A DNA stretch of 63,909 nucleotides, the filler included, from Reticulomyxa filosa (lineage: Eukaryota > Protista > Foraminifera), in assembly GCA_000512085.1 (NCBI GenBank). It is 20 parts of 20 records of this genome, joined end to end, with 100 filler letters (N's around TTAATTAATTAA, not from the genome) between each part and the next. Parts side by side here need not be neighbours in the genome. Positions count along the whole stretch, not along the records: positions 26,872 to 39,518 come from ASPP01026096.1; positions 39,619 to 40,662 come from ASPP01046332.1; positions 40,763 to 51,215 come from ASPP01004910.1; 17 more parts are not named here. One strand, given 5' to 3'. Position 1 is the first letter of the stretch. Every line of letters starts with the position of its first letter. Of the stretch, positions 37,968 through 50,677 are shown one piece after another. The translations under genes were made by a program, and so were the position numbers. The notes beneath the pieces were generated by a model. The model saw only the letters and a program-made list of their open reading frames with translations. It had not been told where the DNA came from and ran no database searches.

Positions 37968-39480
37968 TCAAGAAGCCTTCTTTTGTTTGTTGGTGATTTT
38001 TTCTCCAAGAGAAAGAGCAATGCCTTGAGATTTGCAGCGTATTCGAATGTGTCCAATGACTTTCCGTTTGATTTTTCCCCATTTCTTTTCTTCTTCTTTG
38101 GGTTTGTCACTTTGGCGAGGTTGTTCCATATCTTGATCGGAGTGATCTTCAACCTCGTCTCTGCTTCCCTCATTTGCTTTTTCTTTGTCGTATTTGACTT
38201 CAATGGAGACATTCATTAAAGCATGTTCTCCGAATATGGATTTGGCATGCAAATTGGCGGCCATGTACTGACAATCTTTACCAAAGGTGTCGGTTGGAGT
38301 GAGTAAAAGCATGTTGGTGATTTTGGAGATGTGATCCAAGTATTCGTGTAGATCACGGATATCAGTGTTGACAGGGACTTTGTTTTCCCATTCGAATTCA
38401 ACCCACATTTCTCTAAACTTTTGTTCGGAGCACGGTGCAGGTTGAACATAGTCCATTATGTCCATATGGATGCAATTCATGACCACGATATTTTTGTCAG
38501 TGGTCGCACCGGTTGTGTCATACACGATATTTCCAAAAATGACACCATTTTCGGTCGACGACACTTTGATGCTTGCCTGAATTTTGATCGACGCGTTTGC
38601 TGCCAATGTGACCTTGGCGGGTTTTTCAACCAGTTTTAAGTCCCCACTGGTGTGCAATTCCAAAGCCAAATTTTGCAATGTTTTGCTGGTGTTGTTTACA
38701 ATGAGGAAATCCAGCACAATATCAAATTGATGGACTGTGACACAAGCCTCCGCATAGACGGGGTCGGAGAAGCCTGTCAATTGATGGATACGTCCCAAGC
38801 GAGTGCGTAGATTATCTTCTTTTTGTTTATTTCCAACCGCTTTACGCACGTTCAAAGCATCATCTTCATCAAACTCATAAAATTCGAGTCCCTTCAATGG
38901 TCTCAAGTTAATCATTGTGTCAAATTGCACAACTTTCGAAGTGGAATCTTCCGAGGCATGGCTTTCCTCTCGTTTTTTCTCCTCATCGCTTCGTCTGCGC
39001 TGCAACATCATTCCAAAGCTGCGACGACATTCTTTGGAGAACACAGCAGTTTGCACTTGCTCCGAAACTGAATTTTTTCCGAGTAGCGATTGAATTGCAA
39101 AAGTGATGCGCTGTTTGGTGTCATTGTCCATTTTTTCTTGGCATTTGGCAATGTGCCATATCTCAAAATGGCCACCAGCATTGCCAATGACTGCGTGGTG
39201 CATTTGTTCACCGCCGCACGGTCGTCAATTCTTCAAGTTTTTCAATCGAATAATTAACTTCACCAATGCCGAAGAAAGCACAGTCGCCAAGTAGTATTCC
39301 CCGTTTTTGATTAGTCCACGGAAGTGGGCTTGTTGCGTCTGAGCAACATTTTCATTGATCTCTTCTTTGTTCACTGCCATTGTTTCTGTCGCATAAGTTC
39401 CATCGTCTAACACCACTGTGCGAGTTAAATAAGAAGGCGCTTGTGGGGCTGTCTTGTTTTCTTTTTTCACTTCTTCCGTT
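37968..39480 (-). CDS. COPB1: Coatomer subunit beta, C-terminal part (5' truncated)
   Basis: DGTYATE; [28 protein letters not shown]; [17 protein letters not shown]-type motif; [14 protein letters not shown]; [13 protein letters not shown]; [20 protein letters not shown]. Two 1-nt homopolymer frameshifts near 39135 and 39228. Confidence 0.95.
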
Positions 39481-39618
39481 TCTATTTTTTTTTTTTTTTG
39501 AATAAAAAGATTTTATTTNNNNNNNNNNNNNNNNNNNNNNNNNNNNNNNNNNNNNNNNNNNNTTAATTAATTAANNNNNNNNNNNNNNNNNNNNNNNNNN
39601 NNNNNNNNNNNNNNNNNN

Positions 39619-40630
39619 AACTTACAAAAGAGCCGATGACAATGATAACGGATTTTGAGAATGTTGCGCAGCTGGACAAACAGAAAAATCACCATAATGA
39701 CTTAAGACTATTCAACAACTCATGACTATGTCGTCGGTGATCGAGTTGAATCAGCTAACAATAGAAAAGGTGTTTTTTTTTTTGAACATACGTATATGTT
39801 GAATTGCGTGTCTATTTTTGACAACTTAAAAAAAACAATCTGGTTGACTTTTTGCAGGTGTGATCAAATACATTGGGAAAGTCCACAGGTTGGGCATTGA
39901 ATTGAACGAATTCAACGTCACCATTGATGGCGATAACTACTTTAGCGCCAAAAAGGGTCATGCCTTGTTTCTCACAAGGGAGACAATTGTCAAATGACAA
40001 CCCACAACGGAGAAGTATTCTCGAAGTGGACTACTATGTCTTGCTTAAAGACAAAACCACGGGTCAGTCCCTGCTTTTTGAACTGAGCTTGTATGCAGCG
40101 ATGCAATCGAATCGCGTCCACATGCAAGGTGGTCGCATTGGCATTCTCCATCACATGGGATCTTTGATTGAATTGAGCGAGACTAACAAGCAATTCTTGC
40201 AACGCAAGATCGCTGTTCAACGCCAATTGCAAGATTTGATCGAGGCCTTTGAACTCAACTATCCTTCCGGCAAAAATCAACGATATGATCAAACGCGTGA
40301 GTCGAGCACGATGCTGAATACCCTCCCACGAATGTACCGCCTGCAAAATTATCTGCGACGCAAAAAAACTCCAGTCGTGAAAGTCGGTGATAGGGCCATT
40401 CTTGACACGGGCAATATTGGTAAGGTTGTGTTTGTAGGGTCGGTCAGCTTTGACGACAGGGAAATGATTGGATAATTGGTCGCTCAATGGTCGCAAGCTT
40501 GCTTAGTTCGCTTTGATTCCGTGAAGGATAATGTGAAAAGCGACAAGCGACGGAGGCCGTGGAATTGAAACTCACCGACGAAGACGAGGAGACCAAAAAA
40601 GATGGATCAAAGTCAGTTCAAATATATTAA
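39619..40630 (+). pseudogene. Multi-CAP-Gly-domain protein pseudogene
   Basis: VGDRV...KG|VIKYIG...LGIEL.....IDGDNYF.AKKGHALF and KVGDRAIL..GNIGKVVFVG....MIG*. Frameshifts, an in-frame stop and internal deletions. Confidence 0.75.
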
Positions 40631-40774
40631 ATAGTAAAGTATATGGGACATGTGTGAGTGCANNNNNNNNNNNNNNNNNNNNNNNNNNNNNNNNNNNNNN
40701 NNNNNNTTAATTAATTAANNNNNNNNNNNNNNNNNNNNNNNNNNNNNNNNNNNNNNNNNNNNTTTTTTTTTTTA

Positions 40775-40808
<34 letters not shown>

Positions 40809-40831
40809 GGAACCTCAAAAAAAAAACTCAA

Positions 40832-41104
40832 AACTAATTCTTGCTTCAATTTTTTAATTTCTCTGTCTCTTTCTCCTGCTGCGATTATTGCCTCTTTCTC
40901 TCTTTGATCTCCACTCTTTTCTTGCTCTCCTCCATTTTCTTCTTTCAACTTATGCTTCAGTTTTTCATTCACTTCGCCCAGTTCGTCAATTCTTTCCTTC
41001 TCTCTTTCCAACTCTTCTTGGATTGACTTCAATTGCGCTTCCAATTCCTTTATTCGTGCCGAAGTCTTACCTTCTGAAGCGTCACGCACTGGGCGACGAT
41101 CCAT
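40832..41104 (-). CDS. Coiled-coil protein, 5' exon (truncated)
   Basis: MDRRPVRD...RIKELEAQLKSIQEELEREKERIDEL...EIKKLKQE followed by a GT donor. Heptad-rich; no family motif. Confidence 0.55.
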
Positions 41105-42098
41105 ATTACGTGTTTCTGGGCTTGTATTTTCATCGCTCTTCGACGTGCAGAAACTCACTAAAAAGGACATCTTTGATTGTATATTCGTTCCCAGAAAAAA
41201 GGAGAGTTTTTTTAATGAAAGACTCCTTGCCCGTACTTGTCAACACCACGAATGACCTTTCTTTTTTCATGCCTATTACATTTTGAATTGAAACAAATCA
41301 TTAGCTGTCGGTGTTTCTTTTCATTCGTTAAGGTAAAACGTTGTATTAATAGGGTTTTAGTGTTTTCAAAGTTTTTTGGACACGGAACTAACTTGTATAC
41401 ATGCCATATCAAGTTTGCTCGCCCGTCCAAAACAGACATAGCACGCATAAATAAAAGAAAAAAAAACCAGTTCATCACACACATACATTACAATTATTGA
41501 TGCAAAAGAATTAGTGAAATTCACCATAATGAAAGCTTAAATTTAATAGTTAGAGAAACGTATTGGTTTCTCTGTGCATCTCTTAGTGCTACATCTTTTT
41601 AGGTATTAGGTCTTATGTTCACTCTTCAGGATGTACTGCCTCTATTAATCACTTGCAAATCTTTCACCTAGTTGTTCATAATAAACTTATAGTAAATAAC
41701 AAGTTATCAAAAACAACAACTATTGGTGTATATGCAGTGATAAATTAAATGTTTTCTTGCTTGGCCGTAAAAGCCTTGAGATTTCCTTTGTACGGCCAAC
41801 TGGCCTTGGATATTTCTATTGATAGGTCAAATGTGATTTTGAATTTCATTACAAATTTTCGAATATAACGTATTTGCTTTTTTGTATGTTTTCAATGATA
41901 TTGTTCATTTGGAGTTTATGCTGATTTAATGTTTGTATTTTGAAAGTATTTCGTAATGGTAACATGTATTTGTGCAGTTTCGCCTTCTTCCCTTTTGAGT
42001 TGACTTTTTGCCCCTTTTGGATTTACTTTGCCGGAGATGATGTCAGTGATTTTAAATTTATAAAGACAAAAGAGATTGCAAGATTGGCAATATGTGAA

Positions 42099-42420
42099 AT
42101 GAAAAACAAGCTTCTACAAACGCTCATTGGTGAGAAGCAAATTGTTTTTAGGTTTTATTATTTATTTTATGATTTACGATTGAATTAGTCATAGAATACA
42201 AGATACAAACAATATTCAGCATTGGGTTCGTATTGATTACGCAATATTTGCTAGTAATCAATTCATTTGTTCTGGGCAATGTAGAGAATATGGAGATTGA
42301 AGCAATTTTTTCAGAAAAGTTAAATGATTTTTTTGAATTAAATTTAAAAAAAGGTGAAATATTGGAATCATCATGGCCAATTGTAGCGTAAGTATTGTCA
42401 CTACAATCACCATTATATAC
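42099..42420 (+). pseudogene. Deletion remnant of the lineage-expanded WD40 family
   Basis: IQHWVRI is joined directly to DYAIFASNQFICSG, followed by a YCHYNHH fragment. These pieces are normally far apart in this family. Confidence 0.55.
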
Positions 42421-42519
42421 TCAAAAGGCAATATTATGAAGTAGATTGATTTCTAATCGAAAAATACACTTTTAAATATGTACAAATATTGCAGTTTTTA
42501 AATGTGAAATTGGATAATA

Positions 42520-42908
42520 CATTAGAATAAAAAAGAAATTTGATACATAAAATGTCACTTTATGAAGATTATTGATTTTCTACATGAAAAAACAATATTT
42601 AATCAAGATTTTTAAAAATATCTACGAATCGTGTAGTTTTTAAATATTATTTTGATTTTTATTTTATCTTTCGAAATTTTTTCAAAAATTTGAATCTTTC
42701 ATTTGATTTTTTGAAATTTTAAAAAAAGTTGACAATAGCGTTTTTCTCGTAGTCATGAAATTGGATTATTCTTTTTTAAGCATTTTCGTAAAATACCTTG
42801 CGAAAATTATTTTTTAAAACTTTGATTGAATGTTGTTTTTTCATGTAGAAAATCGATCATCTTCATAAAGTGCTATTTTAGGTGTAAACTTTCTTTTTTA
42901 TTATACTG
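42520..42908. mobile_element. MITE (389 bp), Tc1/mariner-type
   Basis: About 100-bp imperfect TIRs (…cactttatgaagattattgattttctacatgaaaaaacaa… and …ttgttttttcatgtagaaaatcgatcatcttcataaagtg…), flanked by TA at 42518-19 and 42909-10. No ORF. Confidence 0.88.
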
Positions 42909-43669
42909 TAACTTTCTTTTGTGATTGATGAAAATCCTTTCATATAGTTTCGAAAATTTTGCTAAATGCATATAAATCGAGCATGTATTATAATCATGAA
43001 AATTAAATCTTTTCGTTTCTTTTTTAGCAATTTCAAGCGCTATATACTTTTTAAAAAATTAGTTTTAAATGTTATTTTTCATATAGGAAATTTCATCTAA
43101 TCAATTCAAATGAAAATTTTATATTATGATTGCCCATTAAATTGTCTATTTATTGTAATATGTTGATAATTTTTTAATTTCAATTTCATTATCTCAAACA
43201 CTTACATATTTCATCAATGTATGTTTTTGATATCCACTAAAGAAGACAAAGTTATTTCATTGTTATTTTCATCGCATATTAACTTTAATACACAATGTCG
43301 ACTTAATTCAACTTCATTTGAATATGACCATACAAATTATATTGATTTTTAATTGCATGATAAAAATAGCAATCTCTTTTGTGTTGGCCTCCACAAATTA
43401 GTATTTCATCTTTGTATGCTACACACTGAACAAATTCGAGTGTGACATGTAAAGATATCAAAGTTTCAAAAGGACTACCAAAGGGCTATCTCCTTCTTTT
43501 TCTACTTTTATGTCAGCTTGATTCATTTCTAATGTAATCTTTAAAAAGTTTTAGCTTGGATTTTTCAAACGCAGTGGTTCCTTAAAAAAATTAGTTTTGA
43601 TAAAAAATATTTTTTTAAGTATAACTCCTTATTTGAAATGTCAATTTGATTTGATAGTATTGCATTACA

Positions 43670-44811
43670 TCATTCCCATATAATGACTGTTGTATCATTA
43701 GAACTTGACACAATTATATTACCATCTGGTGAAACATCGACACTTGTAATCCAACGAGAATGCCCTTCCAACTTTTGTATTTCGTATTCTGTTTTCACAT
43801 CCCATAAACGGATGGTTTTATCCCATGAACAAGATACAACAGTTTGACTATCTGGAAAATATTTCGTATCACTTACATTATTTAAATGTCCCTTGAATAT
43901 TTTCAATTCTTTTCCTAATTTTATATCCCATATACGAACTGTCTTATCATTTGAACATGATACAACAAATTGATTATCTGGAGAAAATTGTGCACGTATT
44001 ACGGCATCAGAGTGTCCTATTAATTTTTTCAATATCTCACCTGTTTTTACACTCCATAAACAAATTGTTTCATCATGAGATGCTGATAGAATCATTTGAC
44101 AATCAGATGAAAACTGTACACTGTTTACACGATCGAAATGACCAACTAATTGTTTAATCTCTTTTCCAGATTCTATATCCCACAATCTGACTATTTTATC
44201 GTGTGAGCCCGACACAATATATTTATCATCTGGTGAAAATTTAACAATTCGTATTTCGCTTAAATTACCATATTTTATCAATTCTTTTCCTGATTTTACG
44301 TCCCACAATCTAATTGCTTTATGTGAACAAGATACAACCATATGTCCATTGCATGAAAATTCTGCAAAATAGATCCAATCCTTATGTCCTTCAAAACATT
44401 GAATTTGCTTTCCAGAATTAACATCCCATATTCGAACAGTATTATCGTCTGATGAAGAGACAATCTTGCGACCATCTGGTGAAAATCTTACACATCTTAC
44501 TGCGTGATCATGTCCTTTTAAGATTTTCACCAATTTAAAATATTTGGTCTATATGTATTAAAAATGTAGCAAATATTTTATCCAAATAAAAAATAAGAAA
44601 ATAACTTAACGTATTTGGTAACCAGTTTATCGAAATCGCTGATCCATCCTAATTTAATATTTAAATTTTGAATCCAGTTTTGAATGATTAATCGTACTTG
44701 TTTTTCTGACTTTTTTTTAATTGACAGCAACAAAATTGATTACAACATGTTGAAATCAAAGCCTACCAATTGTGGTGTTTCATTTCTCTTTTCATCAATA
44801 ACAGTATTCAT
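43670..44811 (-). CDS. WD40-repeat protein (7 repeats) with lineage-specific N-terminal motif; 3 exons
   Basis: MNTVIDEKRNETPQL|SEKQVRLIIQNWIQNLNIKLGWISDFDKLVTKY|TKYFKLVKILKGH..., then seven GH...WD repeats. Introns at 44710-44766 and near 44549-44610. Confidence 0.95.
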
Positions 44812-47800
44812 ATTTGTATTGATTTGCTTTGTTGCTATTTCAAACGCTTTTGAAACTTTTTACTGAAAGTCCTTTCGTTATAATTTTGGTCAGTCAAAAG
44901 GTCTCATTCTATTTGGTATTTTCTTAAAGAATATCATTATACGAGCATAATATTCTTACTTTTGACTATCATTTACAAATAACCAGCATTTCTGTCATTT
45001 TCTAATTGCTTTTTTCATCAAATCTATGTTTTCTATTTTTTTATGTTTTGATTGTCATATTAGCTCTTGTTGATACTGTTTTATGAACAAATCGGACTGA
45101 ATTGCCGCTGCTTTTATCATTTCATTAAATAATGATAATTTATTTGTTCTGATAGAAAAGTAATTTGTAAAAAATGTGGCATACACGTGCTCATTTCTAA
45201 ACCACCAAGACATTTATAAAATATTATTTTTGTTCATTGAAAGAAGTTAGAAACGATGGAATAACCAAGAAATTAGCAAATGTTCAAATTTTATATGATC
45301 AAAATGTATTAATTTTAATATAAATTTTCATTAATTCTTTTTGCATTTGTGCATAGTCAAATTCTCAAAAAATGATGCATTTATTATATCCAAAGTGTTG
45401 GGACGTTCTTCAATAATAAAAGCATTCGAGATATAATAACCATATTGTATGCAATACACTTTTTTTTTCAGAAAATTTATAAAATATCTTTCGAAAAGAT
45501 CAAAAGAATTTCAACATCAGATTCACAATAAATGTATTTTTGGATTTTTCGTACTTTCAAAGAGATTGTATCTTTTAGTGATTAAAACAATAAACGTGTT
45601 TGATTACTTATCGCAGCAAATCAATTTATTTATCGAAAAGACGAGAAGACATTATCAGAAGAAGTTGACAACAATGCATTTTAGAACAATCGTAGCAAAA
45701 CCTTATATCCACTCTAATTTAATATTCAAATTAAATAGTTGATTGCCAATAATTCCATAGTTTTTCGCTCCATTTCCATGAAAAATTTTTTGCTTTATTC
45801 TATGCTTAAAACAAAATGAAAGAGTTTTCAAGCCAAACAAAACATTGAAAAACGTACATGAACACTATTCGTCTCAAGAACTTATTATTTTCCTTATTTC
45901 TTTACTACGCATTTTCGGACTAACACAAAAACTATGTAATTTGAACATTTGATAAAAACGTATAAAGTGATGTTTCTATTCACTTGAGTTTATAATCCTG
46001 TTAGTCTTAGTAGATTCAATCACTTTCTTGCGTTTTTAAAAAGATATAAACGTTTTCACACGCTTTTAATTGTTGAAAAATTATATGACGTGTAAGATTT
46101 GTATGAAATAATTCTTTTACAAAAAGTTGAATCTCGCTACTTGCAGCAGCAGTATTTTTTAATGTTTCTAAAATAGAATTTTTGTTCAATTTTTCTACTC
46201 CGAAAAAATTGGAGTTTCTCAATAAAATCAGAGTGAAAAAAAAAATCCTCTTTTTGATTGGAAGCGAAACTGTGATAATGTTGTACATGCCTTTATTGAA
46301 CGGAGATTAATGATAATAAATGTTTCTAACCCAAAAAAGAAATCGAATTAAATAAAAACGTTCAATCCTTTATAAACGTTTTTATTGCAGACCTTCGGAG
46401 ACCGTTTTTAATTTCTTTCGACCTTAAACATTAGCTTTGAAGAGATGCTCATGATAAGTAGCAAGAGGCATTATCCTGTCCGAACAAAATTTTTTCCTCA
46501 AACGCTTGTGTACACTTGTTACACAGTCACTTTGAGCAACAGCAAAATAAAAGCAGCCACAACAAAAACGTTAGCAAGACATTTCGTCAGACGCAACGGT
46601 GCATAGGTAACTGCTACTTCTTGTGAAAACACTTTGAATTTCCTTGACTGTCGTACGCGACCCTTAAAGGGAAGCTAACTTTGAACAATTCGTTGCGAAT
46701 TTTACAATAGAGATATTAAAACTCTTTCCAACATATAAATACCAATCCAACGATACTTTATAAAATTGATTAAATAAATATGATTTCCGACTATTATATT
46801 TACAACTTTAAAAATGTGTCATTCATGTGCTCATTTCTGGACCCCATTTTTTTTGTTATAAATGACATAAATTAAATACTCAATATGCACAAATATTTGA
46901 TAAAAAAATATTTTATTTGTTATGAAATGACATTATATGTTTGTAGTTTACGATTGATGTTATGAATTTATATTTACGTTGTTATGATAATTAACTTTAA
47001 TATACATATAATTATTTTTGGATGAATAAATATTAAATATTCATTAATCAATTATTTTTATTCAAAATTTTTGTTCTAAAATAAATATTCAAAATGTAAT
47101 AACATATAATCAGATAATTGTGTACATGACATACACTTTTTTTCCGATGTTTTCATACCTTTTCTAATACAAAATCAAAGTTTAGTATCAATTAATGTCG
47201 TTTTTTATGTTTGATGGCATTTTATTTTTTGCGTAAAATGCAAGAATTGTTAATTTTAGAAAAGATATAATTGCGAAACAAAACAGAAAAAGAAGTTGAT
47301 AAATTGTGAAAAGAAAGGTAATGTTAGTCCTAAATGCGCAAAAAATGTATTGCTTAAACATTGATCCTTTGAATGATATTCATTACGCAAGTTGCACATG
47401 AAACACAGTATCTGAACTCTGGGACTGTCGTGAGGACCCTTTTTTATTACTGATAATGGTCAAACCTGGAACGCTGTCCGACGTTTTTTGGTCTACTTGT
47501 TTTTGCTAGCTATAAAAGGCCTTTTTGTTACAGTTACTTTTTGTTTGGTATTCGTTCTTGTAGGAAGCTAAAGTACGGAAGTTGTAAGTGTAATACGACA
47601 GACGCTTTTTTTGATAGCAGTTTCCAACAAGACAAAAATGAGTTAAATAAAGAATAATTAACAACAAGAAAACGAAAGAAAGCAACAAATAAGTGAAAAG
47701 AGTTTTGAAGGAGTTTAACATACTGGGGACTCCTCAGGCCCTTTAGAGTTCGGCCATCTATAGTAGGGGCTTGCCCTACATTCTCTTGACCCTTTTGGTA

Positions 47801-48014
47801 AGACAAGATAATCAATACGATTTGGGAATTACTTTTTTGTTGTTAGCAGAAATGCCATTTCAAGAACGTCTGCAATGAACAAATTTGACAACATTTTCAC
47901 AACCAAAATAAAAAAAAAAACCCAAACAAAACCTCAAACTGCTTTGGACAACAACATGTGACGGTTGTAAATTTTAAAATTTCTCTTTCGTTATTTGACT
48001 TTTTGCGTGACACA

Positions 48015-49304
48015 TTAACAAAAACATGCGCTTTCTGGTTTTTTTGTTTCCGACTCTTCCAAATTTACATTCAAGGTTTGTTTGGTAGTATTTTCTGGGA
48101 ATAGCCTTGATTCATACAAAACCCAAAAGGGAAAAAAAAAGATGTTAAATGTCAAATCAATAAAAATGTGCGAAAAAAAAGAGGAAAAAAAAAAGTGTAT
48201 CAAAACTGGACAGTGTCGATGTCACTGGCAACAGCTGCAATTTTGCGAATAGCAGTTTCAACGTTAGTGCCATTTAAAGCACTGGTTTCAAAGAAATGTA
48301 TTTTAAGTTTGTTGGCGAATTTTTCTGCTCTTGTGTTGCCACCGCGCGTGACGATTGCAAATCACTTTTATTTCCACACAACAGAAATGGAAAAGATTCA
48401 GTGGCTTCAGGACTTGCCTGTTCCAAGAAATTGGAACGCCACATTTCTACTTGTTTGAATGATTGCTCATTTGTTATATCATATACCAGTATACACGCAT
48501 CTGTGCCGGGGCAAAGGGGCGAGTGAAAAAAAAAAGGGGCAAAAAGAGGGGAAAAAAAAAATTAAAAAATTTTGCAAAAACCTGTTTTAATTTAATTTAT
48601 TATTTTTTGTTGTTTCATTGTGTGCAAACCTGCCCCTCTGTAAAATGTTGTGCCCAAGCTCTTGAATCTTTCTTGTCCAGCAGTGTCCCACATCTTTGCA
48701 AAAAAAAAAAAAAAACCAATCAATTGAAAACAACCACGGAAAATTGATATGTGTCAATATTTGAAGGATTGATTCTCTTTTTTTTATATGTGAATGTTGG
48801 AGGAATGGATGGAGAAAAAAGGGAAGAGGGAGAGGCAAATACGTATATCACATCTATTTTCAATGGACACGGGGCCCCGAAAAAAAAATATATATAAATT
48901 TTTTTCATTGTTTTATCCGCACTTGCAATGTCACAGATTTATCGTCAAAATCAATGTCCTTCGTGATGAAGTCTGCTCCGATGGTAGCTTTGTGCTCTTG
49001 AATAAATTGGCCATGCACGAATTTATGTAAAAGGGCTGTTTTTCCCACACTTCAACAACAATATATGTTTATATATACACATAGGTGAAAATACATAAGT
49101 ATTGCAATAGAAATGTTATGTACATACATGTATATATGTATATACCATATGTGGGTGTATATACATATGCTCATGTTGAGCTCTACTTGGTCTTAATTGG
49201 ATGGAAGACAACTTCCTTTTAAAAAAAATAACAACAAAATAAACTAACTTTGTATCTCCCAAAATGACAACTTTTAAGAGCACTTTCTTTTTTGAATGAG
49301 ACAT
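48015..49304 (-). CDS. RAB7: Rab7-like small GTPase (5 exons)
   Basis: KKKVLLKVVILGD; VGKT; KATIGADFITK; TLQ|IWDTAGQERFKSLG..FYRGA|D; FPF...GNKSDL; FFETSA; C-terminal CFC prenylation motif. G-run frameshift near 48327. Confidence 0.93.
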
Positions 49305-49699
49305 GTTTGAGGCTGTTGGTTTATCGTCGATTTTCGCAAAGTGTCACCAGTAAATGATGATAAATGAAAAAAAAAAATAGCTTTGCTCGTTTCCAGGGAC
49401 CACAAATCTTTAAGATGGTTACTTGTTTGTTGTTTTTTTTTTTGCAAAGCAAGTTGTAAAAAAAAAGAAATGTTTATTCTGCTAATTGTTACATCTTAAA
49501 GATAACACTAGCTTTATCTTCCCTATTGAGTAAGTTGACAAATTGTCCATTCTTTGAATATAGTAATAATGGATTGCGACTGTAGGACTTAGTTTTAGTT
49601 TAAGTTCGGTCGTTGAAGCGTTCACTTGACACGCAACTGCCACTCAACAACTTGCAGTCGTAAGAACCGAGTTTTTTTGAATCATAAAAAACTAAAATA

Positions 49700-50677
49700 A
49701 TGTCTCTATTGCGCTGCATCTCGAACTGCCGAAGATTTACCACATTGTTTGAATATTCACAGCAACGCAATGCAAAGATAGATATCAAAACATTGTTGAA
49801 ATCTGAACCATGGGCAACAAAGTTTTTGTTTTCGCCAGTGTCGGACGATCGTGTGAAGGCAGTGTACCCAATGATCCGCGACTGTTCGGAGATGATAAAA
49901 CGAAGCGAAGACCACGAGCAAGTATTTAGGAAAGAGGAGTTTGCATTTATCTGCCAAAGATACAACCTGTTTGATTACTACACGCAAAGCAAAGAATACC
50001 AAGTGCACATCCCAGAGTTGTTGAATAATCACATGGATGAATTTGATAAGGAGACAGGTGTGTGTGTGGCGTGCGATGATTACATAATAAAAGAATCGGA
50101 CATTCCTGTAATACGAAAACACATACAAAAGATAAGCGTGTTAAAATGCTTGGAACAAGCGTGGAACATGACGGCACAAGAAATCGTCTCAAATAAAGAG
50201 GATCCTCAAAAACTTTACAGCTTTCGTTTTGTAAATGAAGATGGGTGGGCGTGGTTGCATCCACAAATGAAAAGTTTGTTGGATGATGCTTTTCAAAGCA
50301 ACGGGGACGACATTGTTCACAAAAAATCGGCTAAACAAATCTCTCAGTTCTTACGCTCTACTGATGCTTTCTCTGTTCGACATGTTGAACTCGAGCACTT
50401 TGCCATCCTTTGCAAATACTGTAACGTTGTTTTTCCTTGTGACGATATCGATTTTTCCTATTCCATCGATAGCAACTTATCCAATTCCATCGATATGATA
50501 TTGTATCCACATTTTCGGCATTGTATCTCTTTTTTAAATGTTCTTAAGGCTTACAACTTTCGATTTCTCCGGCATCTATTCCAAACTTATCCTAATGAAA
50601 TGCGAGGGTTTTGGGACAACCACGTAGGCATTGACTCTTTTATCGACTCTAAGGAAAAATACGTCATATTGTCTTGA
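49700..50677 (+). CDS. Uncharacterised 325-aa intronless protein, possible mitochondrial presequence
   Basis: Long clean ATG..TGA ORF with protein-like composition. N-terminus MSLLRCISNCRRFTT. Divergent from Rab7. Confidence 0.8.
   Translation: MSLLRCISNCRRFTTLFEYSQQRNAKIDIKTLLKSEPWATKFLFSPVSDDRVKAVYPMIRDCSEMIKRSEDHEQVFRKEEFAFICQRYNLFDYYTQSKEYQVHIPELLNNHMDEFDKETGVCVACDDYIIKESDIPVIRKHIQKISVLKCLEQAWNMTAQEIVSNKEDPQKLYSFRFVNEDGWAWLHPQMKSLLDDAFQSNGDDIVHKKSAKQISQFLRSTDAFSVRHVELEHFAILCKYCNVVFPCDDIDFSYSIDSNLSNSIDMILYPHFRHCISFLNVLKAYNFRFLRHLFQTYPNEMRGFWDNHVGIDSFIDSKEKYVILS

Noticed and set aside
41761-41799. Hairpin ttggccgtaaaag...ctttgtacggccaa
   Set aside because: A single isolated stem with no second copy or supporting context.
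47400-47800. GC-richer intergenic patch with hairpin gtaggg-gcttg-ccctac as an ncRNA or ribozyme
   Set aside because: Only a 6-bp stem, and no tRNA, snRNA or hammerhead core was recognised. It may be a repeat fragment.
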